Origin: an uncultured Cyclobacterium sp.
GTDB taxonomy: Bacteria > Bacteroidota > Bacteroidia > Cytophagales > Cyclobacteriaceae
Length of the DNA: 64,000 nt
NCBI RefSeq assembly: GCF_963976465.1
Contig: NZ_CAXBOC010000001.1
Span: forward strand, 1,103 to 65,102
Reading direction: 5' to 3'
Positions 30,032 through 39,198 of this stretch are shown here, one piece after another. The notes beneath the pieces were generated by a model, which was not told the DNA's origin, searched no databases, and saw only the letters and a list, made by a program, of their open reading frames with translations. Within the stretch, counting starts at the first letter, position 1. Every line of letters starts with the position of its first letter. Both the position numbers and the translations under genes were made by a program.

Positions 30032-30775
30032 ATGGACTTAAGTACTTTTCAAAAAGAACTGAATCACAACAACCCATTTGATTTTTCTGCATTAAAGGCA
30101 GTCTTTTTAAACTGCACATTAAAAAAATCACCCGTAAACTCTCATACAGCAGGACTAATCAGCATGAGTGAGCGTATCATGCATGCCAATGGTATAGCAA
30201 CTGAAATCATCCGTCCGGTAGACCACCAAATTGCTTTTGGCGTTTATCCCGACATGACAACGCATGGCTGGGACAGGGACGATTGGCCGGGAATCCAAGA
30301 AAAAGTAATGGAGGCAGATATTTTGGTCATAGGTAGTCCTATTTGGCTTGGAGAAAAATCTTCTATTGCCTCTCTCGTGATAGAACGTTTGTATGGCTAC
30401 TCCGGAAAAATGAATGACAATGGCCAATATGCCTACTATGGGAAAGCCGGCGGCTGTTTGATTACAGGTAATGAAGATGGAATCAAACATTGTGCGATGA
30501 ATATTTTATACAGTCTTCAACATTTAGGCTATGTCATTCCACCACAGGCAGATGCAGGCTGGATAGGGGAAGCCGGGCCGGGCCCTTCCTATTTGGATGA
30601 AAATTCCGGTGGACCGGAAAATGACTTTACCAATAGAAATACCACTTTTATGACTTGGAACTTGATGCATCTGGCCCATATGCTTAAGCAGGGAGGAATA
30701 CCCGCTTATGGGAATCAAAGAGACGCTTGGGACAATAGGTCAAGTAAAGATCATCCAAATCCGGAGTACCGCTGA
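30032..30775 (+). CDS. Flavodoxin-like NAD(P)H-dependent FMN reductase family protein
   Basis: 247 aa. LVIGSPIWLGEKSS flavodoxin-like fold motif. Confidence 0.6.
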   Translation: MDLSTFQKELNHNNPFDFSALKAVFLNCTLKKSPVNSHTAGLISMSERIMHANGIATEIIRPVDHQIAFGVYPDMTTHGWDRDDWPGIQEKVMEADILVIGSPIWLGEKSSIASLVIERLYGYSGKMNDNGQYAYYGKAGGCLITGNEDGIKHCAMNILYSLQHLGYVIPPQADAGWIGEAGPGPSYLDENSGGPENDFTNRNTTFMTWNLMHLAHMLKQGGIPAYGNQRDAWDNRSSKDHPNPEYR

Positions 30776-30848
30776 GTTTGGATAGCTATTGTGCCATCAA
30801 AATAAATACTATTATTCACCTATTAATCAAACCCAAACCACTGTAATT

Positions 30849-31562
30849 ATGGGAAATTTACGTTTACTAAAATTTTATCTGTTTATTGCTTCGTTTTTTT
30901 TAGCCATCACTTGTGCCAAAGCACAGCAAACAAGTATTCCTGAAAAAGATCAATATTTTGATTTGGCTTTTGGTATGGGAGAAAACAGCCTTACCAGTTA
31001 TTCCCTGTCTTGGAATAAGAATTATGGACTCTTCTCCTCAAAAAAATTAAGGTTAGGTTATGGTATTCGCTTTTCCGGACTAAACGGTAAAGAAATAAAT
31101 TATATCACTGCTCCTGCAAACCTAACAGGGGATGATGCCACCATTGACACCTTGTATATGGGAAAAGCCAATACCATGGCTTTGAATGCAATGATAAATA
31201 TCCAATACCAATTTCACCCGAAAATAAAACTCGGATTTAATATCGAGGCCATAGGTCTCGGTTTTGGCGGGGAGCAAAGTGCCAATTTTATCAGTTCAGA
31301 AAACACAGGTCAGTTTCCACAAAACCTAAATGCAAAACCTACCTCCTTTAACTTGCTATTGGTGGGGGACAATGATATTGGTCAATTGAAATCCGAATTT
31401 TACCTGGCATATGCTGTTGCTGAAAAAGCATGGCTCAGGGCAGGTTTCGACATGACCTTTTCAGAATATACGAGCAATCAGGTGCTGACCAATGAAAACG
31501 ATAGGTTCAGAAACAAAGCTACACTGTTTTTTGTAGCAGTTTCCTACAATCCCTTCAAGTGA
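30849..31562 (+). CDS. Hypothetical outer-membrane beta-barrel protein
   Basis: Start moved to MGNLRLLKFYLFIASFFLAITCAKAQ (signal peptide). Alternating-hydrophobic pattern throughout. Confidence 0.5.
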   Translation: MGNLRLLKFYLFIASFFLAITCAKAQQTSIPEKDQYFDLAFGMGENSLTSYSLSWNKNYGLFSSKKLRLGYGIRFSGLNGKEINYITAPANLTGDDATIDTLYMGKANTMALNAMINIQYQFHPKIKLGFNIEAIGLGFGGEQSANFISSENTGQFPQNLNAKPTSFNLLLVGDNDIGQLKSEFYLAYAVAEKAWLRAGFDMTFSEYTSNQVLTNENDRFRNKATLFFVAVSYNPFK

Positions 31563-31585
31563 TTAACAATTAACCCATAGTTATC

Positions 31586-32125
31586 ATGAAATCTTCGATT
31601 TTCATCCTCCTGTTTTATTGGTTTTTGGCGCCAAATGTAGTTGCCCTTGAACCGGAACCTGGCGACAACCTGGAAGAATCTTACATTAAATTCAATATTC
31701 GAAATCTTGGATTAAATGTGGAAGGCGCTTTTAAGTCCTTTAAAACCAAGGTGCAATACAATGAATCTCAACCTGAAAAAAGTAGCTTTTCGGCAGAAAT
31801 TCAAAGTAATTCTATAGATACAGGCATCACCAAGCGAGACAATCACCTTAAAAAGCCTGAGTACTTCGATGTAGCCCAATACCCTACCATTAGCTTTAAG
31901 TCTACAAAGGTATCAGCAGTGGGAGAAGATGAGCTCAAGGTTTTTGGTGACTTAACAATAAAAGGGAAAACACTCCCAATAACCCTAACTGTGTCCATTA
32001 TAAACAAAGGATCAGTAAGGGAATTTAGTATCGAGGGCGAACTCGACCGAAGAGATTATAAGGTTGGGGGGAGCAGCTGGGTAATGTCCGATGATGTCTA
32101 CTTAGACCTTCTTATTGTGAATTAA
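31586..32125 (+). CDS. YceI-family periplasmic protein
   Basis: 179 aa with a signal peptide. SFKSTKV...GDLTIKGKTLPITL is typical of YceI. Confidence 0.7.
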   Translation: MKSSIFILLFYWFLAPNVVALEPEPGDNLEESYIKFNIRNLGLNVEGAFKSFKTKVQYNESQPEKSSFSAEIQSNSIDTGITKRDNHLKKPEYFDVAQYPTISFKSTKVSAVGEDELKVFGDLTIKGKTLPITLTVSIINKGSVREFSIEGELDRRDYKVGGSSWVMSDDVYLDLLIVN

Positions 32126-32236
32126 TGTTCAGCTTAATTGCTTGCTTCAGATTCCTATTGCTTTAACCCCTTTTCCTTGCAAATTGCTTGTAAGCACCAC
32201 CCCTTGCTGACAATGACTAGCTAAAAGCTTAATATA

Positions 32237-33319
32237 ATGTCTATAATGTTGAAGTGCTATATTGCCATCATCCTGTTTTTTGCTTTGGTTCCCGAAGCTG
32301 AATCCAGACAGTCAAAGCAAGACAGTACAATATTTAAGGCTTTGCCTTTGGCCTATTTTACCCCTGAAACAAGGATTGCGGCAGAGGGCTTTGCATTTTA
32401 TAGTTTTTATGCCAAAGAAAGCAAAAGAAAGTCCAATTTGCGGATGTTTGTTACCTACACCCAAAACAAGCAGTATTTACTAATTCTGCCTTGGCAAGTA
32501 TACACCTCAGGGGATCAATATTTCTTGAACGGTAGCATTGACTATCGCAAATTTCCTGAATATTATTATGGATTGGGAAATAATACCAAGGAGACCTCGA
32601 GGGCACTTTATGCATTTAAAGCCCTTACATTTAAGAGTAAAAGTTATAAAAGGCTAAAAAAAGACACCTATATTGGTCTGGCACTTCAAGGTCAATGGCT
32701 GAAACCGAAATTTCCGGAGATGGAACTCCTTTTTGAGGATGTTTTGGAGGAGAATGGAAGAGAAGGATACGGCTATATGGGCTTTGGACCAGCTGTGATG
32801 TGGGACAAAAGGGATCATATTTTATCCCCTTCTTCCGGAAGCTTTGTTGAGTTTAGTCCTTTAATTGGTGTAGGGAAAAGCAATCATTCTGCGATTAATT
32901 TTGGTTTACTAAGTTTGGACATGAGGCATTATTTGGCACTTGCTGACAATATTACCTGGGCCAATCAATTTTTGACCCAGTTGTCTTTCGGTGAAGTTCC
33001 ATTTCGGACTTTACCAACCTTGGGAGGACCATTTCTTCATAGGGGATACTATCAAGGAAGGTTTAGGGACAACCATTCTGCAATCCTCCAGTCTGAATAC
33101 AGGCATCATGTGATCGGGAGGTTTGGTTTTGTCGTATTTGGTTCTGCAGGAAGGGTATACAAAAGCTTACAGGAAAAATTATATAAAAACATACACCTTG
33201 CCGCCGGTGGAGGCCTAAGGGTGCGTATAAGTAAAAAAGACAGGACCAATGTAAGGTTGGATTACAGCTTTACTTCTGATTCACGTGGTTTCTACATTTA
33301 TTTTGCAGAGGCTTTTTAA
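32237..33319 (+). CDS. Omp85/BamA-family outer-membrane barrel without POTRA domains
   Basis: 360 aa with a signal peptide. LGG...RGY motif (TLGGPFLHRGYYQGRFRD). C-terminal aromatic YIYFAEAF. Confidence 0.6.
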   Translation: MSIMLKCYIAIILFFALVPEAESRQSKQDSTIFKALPLAYFTPETRIAAEGFAFYSFYAKESKRKSNLRMFVTYTQNKQYLLILPWQVYTSGDQYFLNGSIDYRKFPEYYYGLGNNTKETSRALYAFKALTFKSKSYKRLKKDTYIGLALQGQWLKPKFPEMELLFEDVLEENGREGYGYMGFGPAVMWDKRDHILSPSSGSFVEFSPLIGVGKSNHSAINFGLLSLDMRHYLALADNITWANQFLTQLSFGEVPFRTLPTLGGPFLHRGYYQGRFRDNHSAILQSEYRHHVIGRFGFVVFGSAGRVYKSLQEKLYKNIHLAAGGGLRVRISKKDRTNVRLDYSFTSDSRGFYIYFAEAF

Positions 33320-33323
33320 AACA

Positions 33324-34352
33324 ATGAAATTTAAAAGTAACTTCATCACCAAACTGACCCACTGGGAATATTGGCCAACCTGGTTGGTTTATTCTCCTGT
33401 CGTATTTTATTACCTGTTACTTTCAGCAAAGGCCAGGTCTTTCTTTTTCTTCACCCTAACCAATCCGGATATGGAAATGGGAGGGCTTTATAACTGCAGC
33501 AAATTCCGGCAACTTCGTAAACTCCCACCTAACTTAATTCCAAAAACAGTTTTTCTCAAACCGGGAACTTCGGTGGAAGTCGCCCTTGAAGCCCTTTCTA
33601 ATGTAGGCATTAAATTTCCCTTGATCGCAAAACCAGACAGGGGAGAAAGGGGCACGGCAGTGAAGGTCATTAGAGACAAGAAGGGCTTGGCAGCCTATCT
33701 GGAACATAGCAAGGCAGATATTCTATTGCAGGAATTTATCCAAACGCCTTTTGAGGCAGGGGTTTTTTATTACAGGCTCCCTACTGAGGAAGCAGGGAAT
33801 ATACCTTCCATAGTATTGAAGGAATTTTTGACCGTAGTGGGTGATGGTAAAACTAGCCTTAAAGATTTGGTTGATGAATCTCCTCGAGGTAGACTCGTAA
33901 GCAAAAATCTATTCAAAGGCGATGGTCCGAATCCTAAGGAGATTTTGCCTTTAGGAAAAGAAAGAATACTTGAGCCCATTGGCAATCACAATAGAGGAAC
34001 CAAATTTATCGATGGAACAAAATTAAGTAACCCTACCCTAGTCCGGTTTTTTGATAAGTTGAGTCTTCAGCTAGACAGCTTTTATTATGGAAGGGTAGAT
34101 TTAAAGGCCAATTCTGTGGAAGATTTTGTTCAAGGTAGAGGAATTAAGGTCTTGGAGATAAATGGGGTGAATGCGGAGCCGGCGCATATTTATGACCCTA
34201 ACACAAAGCTGTGGGAAGGGATCAAAACACTATTAAAACATTGGAGCTTGATCTATGAAATCAGTAATAAAAATGGTGCGTCAAAGCATTCAACTACCTC
34301 ATTAAAAGAAGCTTGGGAGCATTATGTGCAAAGGGAAAAAATAAAAAAATGA
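33324..34352 (+). CDS. ATP-grasp-fold protein with N-terminal membrane segment
   Basis: Start moved to MKFKSNF (33324), 5 nt after the upstream stop. FPLIAKPDRGERGTAVKVI and VLEINGVNAEPAHIYD resemble ATP-grasp motifs. WPTWLVYSPVVFYYLLL is hydrophobic. Confidence 0.55.
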   Translation: MKFKSNFITKLTHWEYWPTWLVYSPVVFYYLLLSAKARSFFFFTLTNPDMEMGGLYNCSKFRQLRKLPPNLIPKTVFLKPGTSVEVALEALSNVGIKFPLIAKPDRGERGTAVKVIRDKKGLAAYLEHSKADILLQEFIQTPFEAGVFYYRLPTEEAGNIPSIVLKEFLTVVGDGKTSLKDLVDESPRGRLVSKNLFKGDGPNPKEILPLGKERILEPIGNHNRGTKFIDGTKLSNPTLVRFFDKLSLQLDSFYYGRVDLKANSVEDFVQGRGIKVLEINGVNAEPAHIYDPNTKLWEGIKTLLKHWSLIYEISNKNGASKHSTTSLKEAWEHYVQREKIKK

Positions 34353-34355
34353 CGG

Positions 34356-34391
34356 GATTTTGTCAGGTTTGATGGCCAGATACGTCTATTT
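34356..34391 (+). promoter_or_regulatory. Candidate ECF-type promoter (GATTTTGTCAGG-N15-CGTCTATTT), copy 2
   Basis: Identical half-sites and spacing to copy 1. Lies 52 nt upstream of the 34443 ATG. Confidence 0.5.
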
Positions 34392-34442
34392 TAAAGAATG
34401 GTTTTATACTGTAATCGAAATTAGGATTCCGAATATTGAATT

Positions 34443-34958
34443 ATGAAAGCTGAATGTAAACAGAACCTTAAACAAATTTCCCGTCTTTTGGAAAAGCTAA
34501 GCGCCCAGCAATACAATTATAAGTCTAAATTTCTTTCAGGAGCCACCATAGGTCAACACATTCGGCATATTCTTGAATTTTATATTTGTATTAGAGAAGC
34601 CGTGGATTCAAAAATGACGGCGATCAATTATGACAAAAGAAAACGAGATAATTCAATAGAAGAGGATCCTAAAATAGCCTTAGCTGCCGTTGACAATTTT
34701 GTACAGTTTTTAGAGGGAGAAAATTTTTCGGGTGATGCGTCTCTCGTTACCAATTTTTCCCTTTTGGATGATTGTGAATGCGTTATTCCATCTTCTTTTC
34801 TAAGGGAGTTGGTTTATTGTCTGGAGCATAGCATACACCACCAGGCTTTGATTAAAATTTCCCTTTTAGATCAAGGACTTGTGCATTTGGTAGATAGCGA
34901 TTTTGGTGTAGCACCTTCCACTACAAAATCCCGACTTGCCAAAGCAGGCAAGCAGTAG
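34443..34958 (+). CDS. DinB-like (DinB_2) metal-binding four-helix protein
   Basis: 171 aa. His triad candidates HIRHILEF ... LEHSIHHQ. Confidence 0.5.
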   Translation: MKAECKQNLKQISRLLEKLSAQQYNYKSKFLSGATIGQHIRHILEFYICIREAVDSKMTAINYDKRKRDNSIEEDPKIALAAVDNFVQFLEGENFSGDASLVTNFSLLDDCECVIPSSFLRELVYCLEHSIHHQALIKISLLDQGLVHLVDSDFGVAPSTTKSRLAKAGKQ

Positions 34959-34967
34959 CAATTTTTT

Positions 34968-35726
34968 TTATTCATTCAGTGACCAATTGTATTTTTTGAA
35001 AGAAATTTTAGCTTCTTTGCTCAGTTTATTATCAGCATATTGATTGATAAATTCTGCTAAACTACCGTTTCGGGTAAAATCTTCCTTAAACCAAGAAAAT
35101 AGTGGTGACAATTCCGCTTGTTTATTGGCCAGGGTGTTGTGCTTGGGATTATTGATGAATGCATGGGCAGCTTGCTCCAATTGTGCCTCTAAATTATTGG
35201 CTGTGTAGGCCTGGTTCATTAATTGGGGGCAAGAGATAGAAGCACAGTTTATGGCAAAATGAATTCTTGGTTCATTGAATTCTTTTCTCAGGATTTTATG
35301 TTCTATTTCATCCAGGCTTGCCGGTTTACCTCCTATTTCAAAGAACTCCAGATGCCATACGGTATTGACAATCGGTATGCTTAGCTTTGGTCCAATGTCT
35401 TTGATACTTTTTACGGGATAGTGATTGAGGATCAATTTAATGGTGAATGCATTGTAGGTATTGATCCAATAAGCCAACTGCTCTTGTTCCGACCAGGTTT
35501 CCCTATCAGGAGGATTGGTGCTGAGCAAAGTCAAATAAGCATCTAATTTATCCACATCAGCATTAAATCCTTTATAGTCTACCTTTCCCTGCTCGCTTAC
35601 GTGGGCTTGAAGGAGCTTGTCAAAAGATGCGTGGCTAGGTGGATTTGTACCTGATTGCCCCAACCCGGAACTTCCACAAGAAAGGTTGATCAAAAGAATG
35701 CTGTAGTAAATAAACAGTTTTATCAT
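34968..35726 (-). CDS. DUF547-domain protein (secreted)
   Basis: 252 aa. WINTYNAFTIKLILNHYP and FAINCASISCP motifs are characteristic of DUF547. Confidence 0.7.
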   Translation of the reverse strand: MIKLFIYYSILLINLSCGSSGLGQSGTNPPSHASFDKLLQAHVSEQGKVDYKGFNADVDKLDAYLTLLSTNPPDRETWSEQEQLAYWINTYNAFTIKLILNHYPVKSIKDIGPKLSIPIVNTVWHLEFFEIGGKPASLDEIEHKILRKEFNEPRIHFAINCASISCPQLMNQAYTANNLEAQLEQAAHAFINNPKHNTLANKQAELSPLFSWFKEDFTRNGSLAEFINQYADNKLSKEAKISFKKYNWSLNE

Positions 35727-35740
35727 GATAGCTTGGGCTG

Positions 35741-36412
35741 TCAGTGAATAAGTTGGTTTGAAAGCTCCATCAAGTCTTCTGCTACAAAATCATTCTTTGA
35801 GGAGAGTGGATAATTTGATTTTCCTACCCTTTTGATAAAAGCAGTCTGTAATCCTGCTCTGGCAGCACCCAGCAAGTCCCAAGGATGTGCAGCAATCATC
35901 AAGGCTTTATCTGCAGAAATTTCCATTTTGTCAAGGACATACGCATAGGTGGAGGGGTGTGGTTTAAATTTACCTACACTCTGAATGCTAAATATTCTAT
36001 CAAACAACGGGCTGATGCCGGCAAATTTTAACTGTTCATTGACAGTTTCCAGGGTGCCATTGCTAAGAGCAACTATAATAAAACCTGCATTTTTTAAGCG
36101 TTGTAGGCCTTCAAAGACTTCCTCATGTGAAGAAAGCTTTTTAAATTCACTTAAAATTATTTCTCGTTTTTCAGCTGAAAGCGCTTTGTCATAATTTTCG
36201 GCAGTCATTTCCAAACATGCATCAGCAATTTGAGAGAAATCAGCAAAATCACCGGATACAGTTTCCACTAATGAATAATGCAATAAAGATTGAAACCATT
36301 TGCCTGCTGCCTCAGGGTTTCCTATTTCTTTATTTATTGCAGTCTGCACTGCTTTTGTATCTAGCAGGGTTTCATTCACATCAAATATTAACAATTGGGG
36401 TGAGGAAGACAT
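35741..36412 (-). CDS. HAD-superfamily hydrolase, haloacid dehalogenase type II-like
   Basis: 223 aa. Motif I LIFDVNETLLD. SNG motif and C-terminal aspartate region. Confidence 0.7.
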   Translation of the reverse strand: MSSSPQLLIFDVNETLLDTKAVQTAINKEIGNPEAAGKWFQSLLHYSLVETVSGDFADFSQIADACLEMTAENYDKALSAEKREIILSEFKKLSSHEEVFEGLQRLKNAGFIIVALSNGTLETVNEQLKFAGISPLFDRIFSIQSVGKFKPHPSTYAYVLDKMEISADKALMIAAHPWDLLGAARAGLQTAFIKRVGKSNYPLSSKNDFVAEDLMELSNQLIH

Positions 36413-36454
36413 AATTTTCTATTTTAGCGGGTGGCTATAAATTGTCTGTAGGGA

Positions 36455-36955
36455 TTAATTAACTTTTTCGCCTTTGTTTAGCCATATTCCCCACATCTTA
36501 TTGTAGGTATGGACTTTGTTGGTCGGCAAGGTGTCTGCTTGAAACACGGGATTGTTTTCATTTACCCAATGAAAAATTCCTCCATAAAGGTTATATACTT
36601 TACTAAAACCATTTTGTTTTAATATTTTTCCAATTTCTTGACTTCGGGCACCAATTGAACAATAGACAACTATGGTGCTGTCCTTTGGAATTCCATTTAC
36701 CGAAGAAATGTCAAAAGTTTCATACCCTACCCATTGAGCCCCTTTCAAGTGGCTTACCTCAAATTCGTTTGCTTCACGGGTGTCTAATACTATGGCATTA
36801 TTGATGAGTTCCTTTTGTTCGGGATAAACCAAATCAAAATTTTGATCATAAGTGCTTTTAAGCAAAGCCTTATAAGCCAAGCTTTGTCCATAGCCTTTTT
36901 CCACCGGAAAGGAGGATGCCAATAAACATAGGGAAAGAATGTAAAAAACTTTCAT
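36455..36955 (-). CDS. Rhodanese-domain protein (secreted)
   Basis: Start moved to MKVFYILSLCLLASS. Active-site loop VVYCSIGARS. Confidence 0.75.
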   Translation of the reverse strand: MKVFYILSLCLLASSFPVEKGYGQSLAYKALLKSTYDQNFDLVYPEQKELINNAIVLDTREANEFEVSHLKGAQWVGYETFDISSVNGIPKDSTIVVYCSIGARSQEIGKILKQNGFSKVYNLYGGIFHWVNENNPVFQADTLPTNKVHTYNKMWGIWLNKGEKVN

Positions 36956-37024
36956 GGAACTAGAACAAAACTTTAGTCCCAATAATTTCTAAATTTTTAA
37001 AAATTTATCCCTCTTTATAAATGC

Positions 37025-37590
37025 TTACCAACCTACATAGGGTGGAGCAGCTATGCCTTTAAGTTTCAGGTATACCAAACACTGCGCACGGTGGTGTACT
37101 TGATGCCCACGCAATAAATAAAAAATATTTTCTTTGGTCATGTTTTCATTGCCAAAGACGATCTTTTCATCCAGTTGGATTTTTTCTGCATTTTTAATTA
37201 ACCCCAATACATAATTATTTGCCAGTGAAAGCAGCTCCATGGTTTCTTTTTTATCGATGGAGTCTTTATTTTCTTTGTTATAAAAAGATTTTTTTGCCCA
37301 TTGATTTTGGCGGTAAGATAGCTGATATTGTCCACGATATGCAGTAGCTGATCCCTAAAAGACATGGACTCAGGGCTTGGCTTGTAATCATAAAGTTCGG
37401 CGGGCATGGCTTCTGCTACAAGCTGTGAATAATCCATATTGCGTTGCCAAACCTCAGGGTACTGGTCGGAAAAATACATTTGTGCTTTTAAGTCTGAAAT
37501 GCCCATAATAGAAACCAATAATACAAATTGAATGATTAACTTTCCTTTCATAACGGGGGACAATAAAAACATCTTTGGGTTAAAATGCAA
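37025..37590 (-). pseudogene. DinB-family gene split by a frameshift
   Basis: Two overlapping ORFs (37198-37590 and 37025-37240) in different frames. Extending the second frame upstream gives WAKKSFYNKENKDSIDKKETMELLSLANNYV, continuing the first product after ...DNISYLTAKI. The switch maps at or near the T7 run at 37289-37295. The C-terminal part carries HQVHHRAQ. Confidence 0.65.
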
Positions 37591-37806
37591 TGCTTAGGGC
37601 TAATCGAGCAGGATTATTTATGGCTTTGTGCTTTAACAGAGAAGGTAATGGTTCTTCAATTACCTGCATGTACCGCTTCAAAAAACAGTCTGATACCACC
37701 CTCCCAGTGAAAGTTCGGGACAGGCATCACAAAGCCTATCGCATAATCCGAGCTCGAATTAAAACCGATGCGTTGAGATTCTCGTTTCTTAAATAAATTA
37801 CACTGT

Positions 37807-38658
37807 ATGAATTTCAAACCGCTTAGGTTTTCTTCGTTTTTAATTTTCTTATTACTATTCATGTCCGGATGTTTCTCATTTAGGGAGAGCGACAAAAGTC
37901 TCTACCGGTTGATGGAGAAGAAGGCCATTACTTTTGAAATAAATTATTTGGAGGAATATCCTTTGCGCTGGTTATGGTACGAAAATACTGACAAGGAGGC
38001 GCCTATATTGCTGTTTATCCATGGTGCACCTGGTTCTTCTTCAGCTTTTCTTTCCTATATTCAGGATGACACCTTAAGGGAGCAATTTTCTATTTTAATC
38101 ATTGATCGGCTAGGGTATGGTTATTCAGATTATGGCAATTATCAAGCGATTCCCCGGCAATTCGAAGCCATCGACAACTTAATGAATAAAGCACGCACCA
38201 ACAATCAGCAGGTCTTTACAGTAGGACATTCCTATGGAGGAACCATCGCCGGCTATATTGCCATTCGGGATCCGAAATGGCTCACAGGCAGTGTAATGAT
38301 CGCGCCGGCCATAGATCCTGAGCAGGAAAAATACTTTTGGTTTGGAAAGTTGGCTTGGTATAAAAGTACCCGATGGATGGTTTCTAAGTCTTTAAGGGTT
38401 GCGGCAGATGAGAAATATTCCCATGAAGAAGAGCTTAGAACATTCGTAAATCAATGGGATAAAATAAACTCCCCAATATTGCACATCCATGGTGACAAGG
38501 ATGGCTTGGTGCCTTATGGTAATATAAATTTTTCAATACAAAACATTCCAAAAAAATGGTTGGAAGTTAAAACCATTCCGGGAGAAGGCCATCTGATTCC
38601 TTTTACAGAGAAAGAACTAATGGTAAGTGAAATTCTAAAATTTATTGACTCCAATTAA
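37807..38658 (+). CDS. Alpha/beta hydrolase lipoprotein
   Basis: 283 aa. Lipobox FMSGC. HGAPGSS oxyanion region. GHSYGG nucleophile elbow. Confidence 0.75.
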   Translation: MNFKPLRFSSFLIFLLLFMSGCFSFRESDKSLYRLMEKKAITFEINYLEEYPLRWLWYENTDKEAPILLFIHGAPGSSSAFLSYIQDDTLREQFSILIIDRLGYGYSDYGNYQAIPRQFEAIDNLMNKARTNNQQVFTVGHSYGGTIAGYIAIRDPKWLTGSVMIAPAIDPEQEKYFWFGKLAWYKSTRWMVSKSLRVAADEKYSHEEELRTFVNQWDKINSPILHIHGDKDGLVPYGNINFSIQNIPKKWLEVKTIPGEGHLIPFTEKELMVSEILKFIDSN

Positions 38659-38825
38659 ATGAATAGATTTAAGGAAATACAGTTTGTAAAGATAACTTGG
38701 CTTTGGTGACTTAAATCACTTATTTTCTGTAGGGTAACCATTATTTTTATTATATTAAATGTATGAATCCTTCTAAGGGATCTGCTGTTTTTCAAAAATT
38801 CTTTTTCAATAAAAATAATTGTATC

Positions 38826-39029
38826 ATGACAAAAAATATGGGATCAACCGACAGAATTATAAGGACAATTATTGCAATTGTTGCCTTGTACCTTTATTTC
38901 TCGGGAATTGTAACGGGAGTTTTGGGCATTGTGTTAATTATCATTTCCGCCATTTTTCTAATAACGAGTTTGGTTAGTTTTTGTCCGCTTTATACTTTGT
39001 TTGGTATCAAATCATGTAAGACGCATTAA
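38826..39029 (+). CDS. DUF2892 (YgaP-like) small membrane protein
   Basis: Start moved to MTKNMGSTDRIIR. Two TM helices and the CPLY motif are typical of DUF2892. Confidence 0.65.
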   Translation: MTKNMGSTDRIIRTIIAIVALYLYFSGIVTGVLGIVLIIISAIFLITSLVSFCPLYTLFGIKSCKTH

Positions 39030-39116
39030 AAGGAGAAGCTTCAATTTTCTATTCCCTTAGTAGGTTTGGTAAAAAAAGGGTAGATAGGATAGAAAAACCG
39101 TATCCGGAACTAGACA

Positions 39117-39158
39117 TAAAAAAAGGAACAAACTCTTTTGGGAGTTGTCCCTTTTTTC
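39117..39158. terminator. Bidirectional terminator between convergent genes
   Basis: A-run, then imperfect hairpin GGAACAAACTC (39125-39135) / GGAGTTGTCCC (39141-39151), then T6. Confidence 0.55.
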
Positions 39159-39198
39159 CGGTCAATTTAGACACTTGTCAATTCGAGTAAGCTATTAT

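Noticed and set aside
37591-37806. 216-nt gap with track ORFs 37590-37796 (+) and 37656-37895 (-)
   Set aside because: The two ORFs overlap each other and the start of the hydrolase gene at 37807. Neither has motifs or a credible start context. The region may hold a gene remnant, but I cannot support any call.
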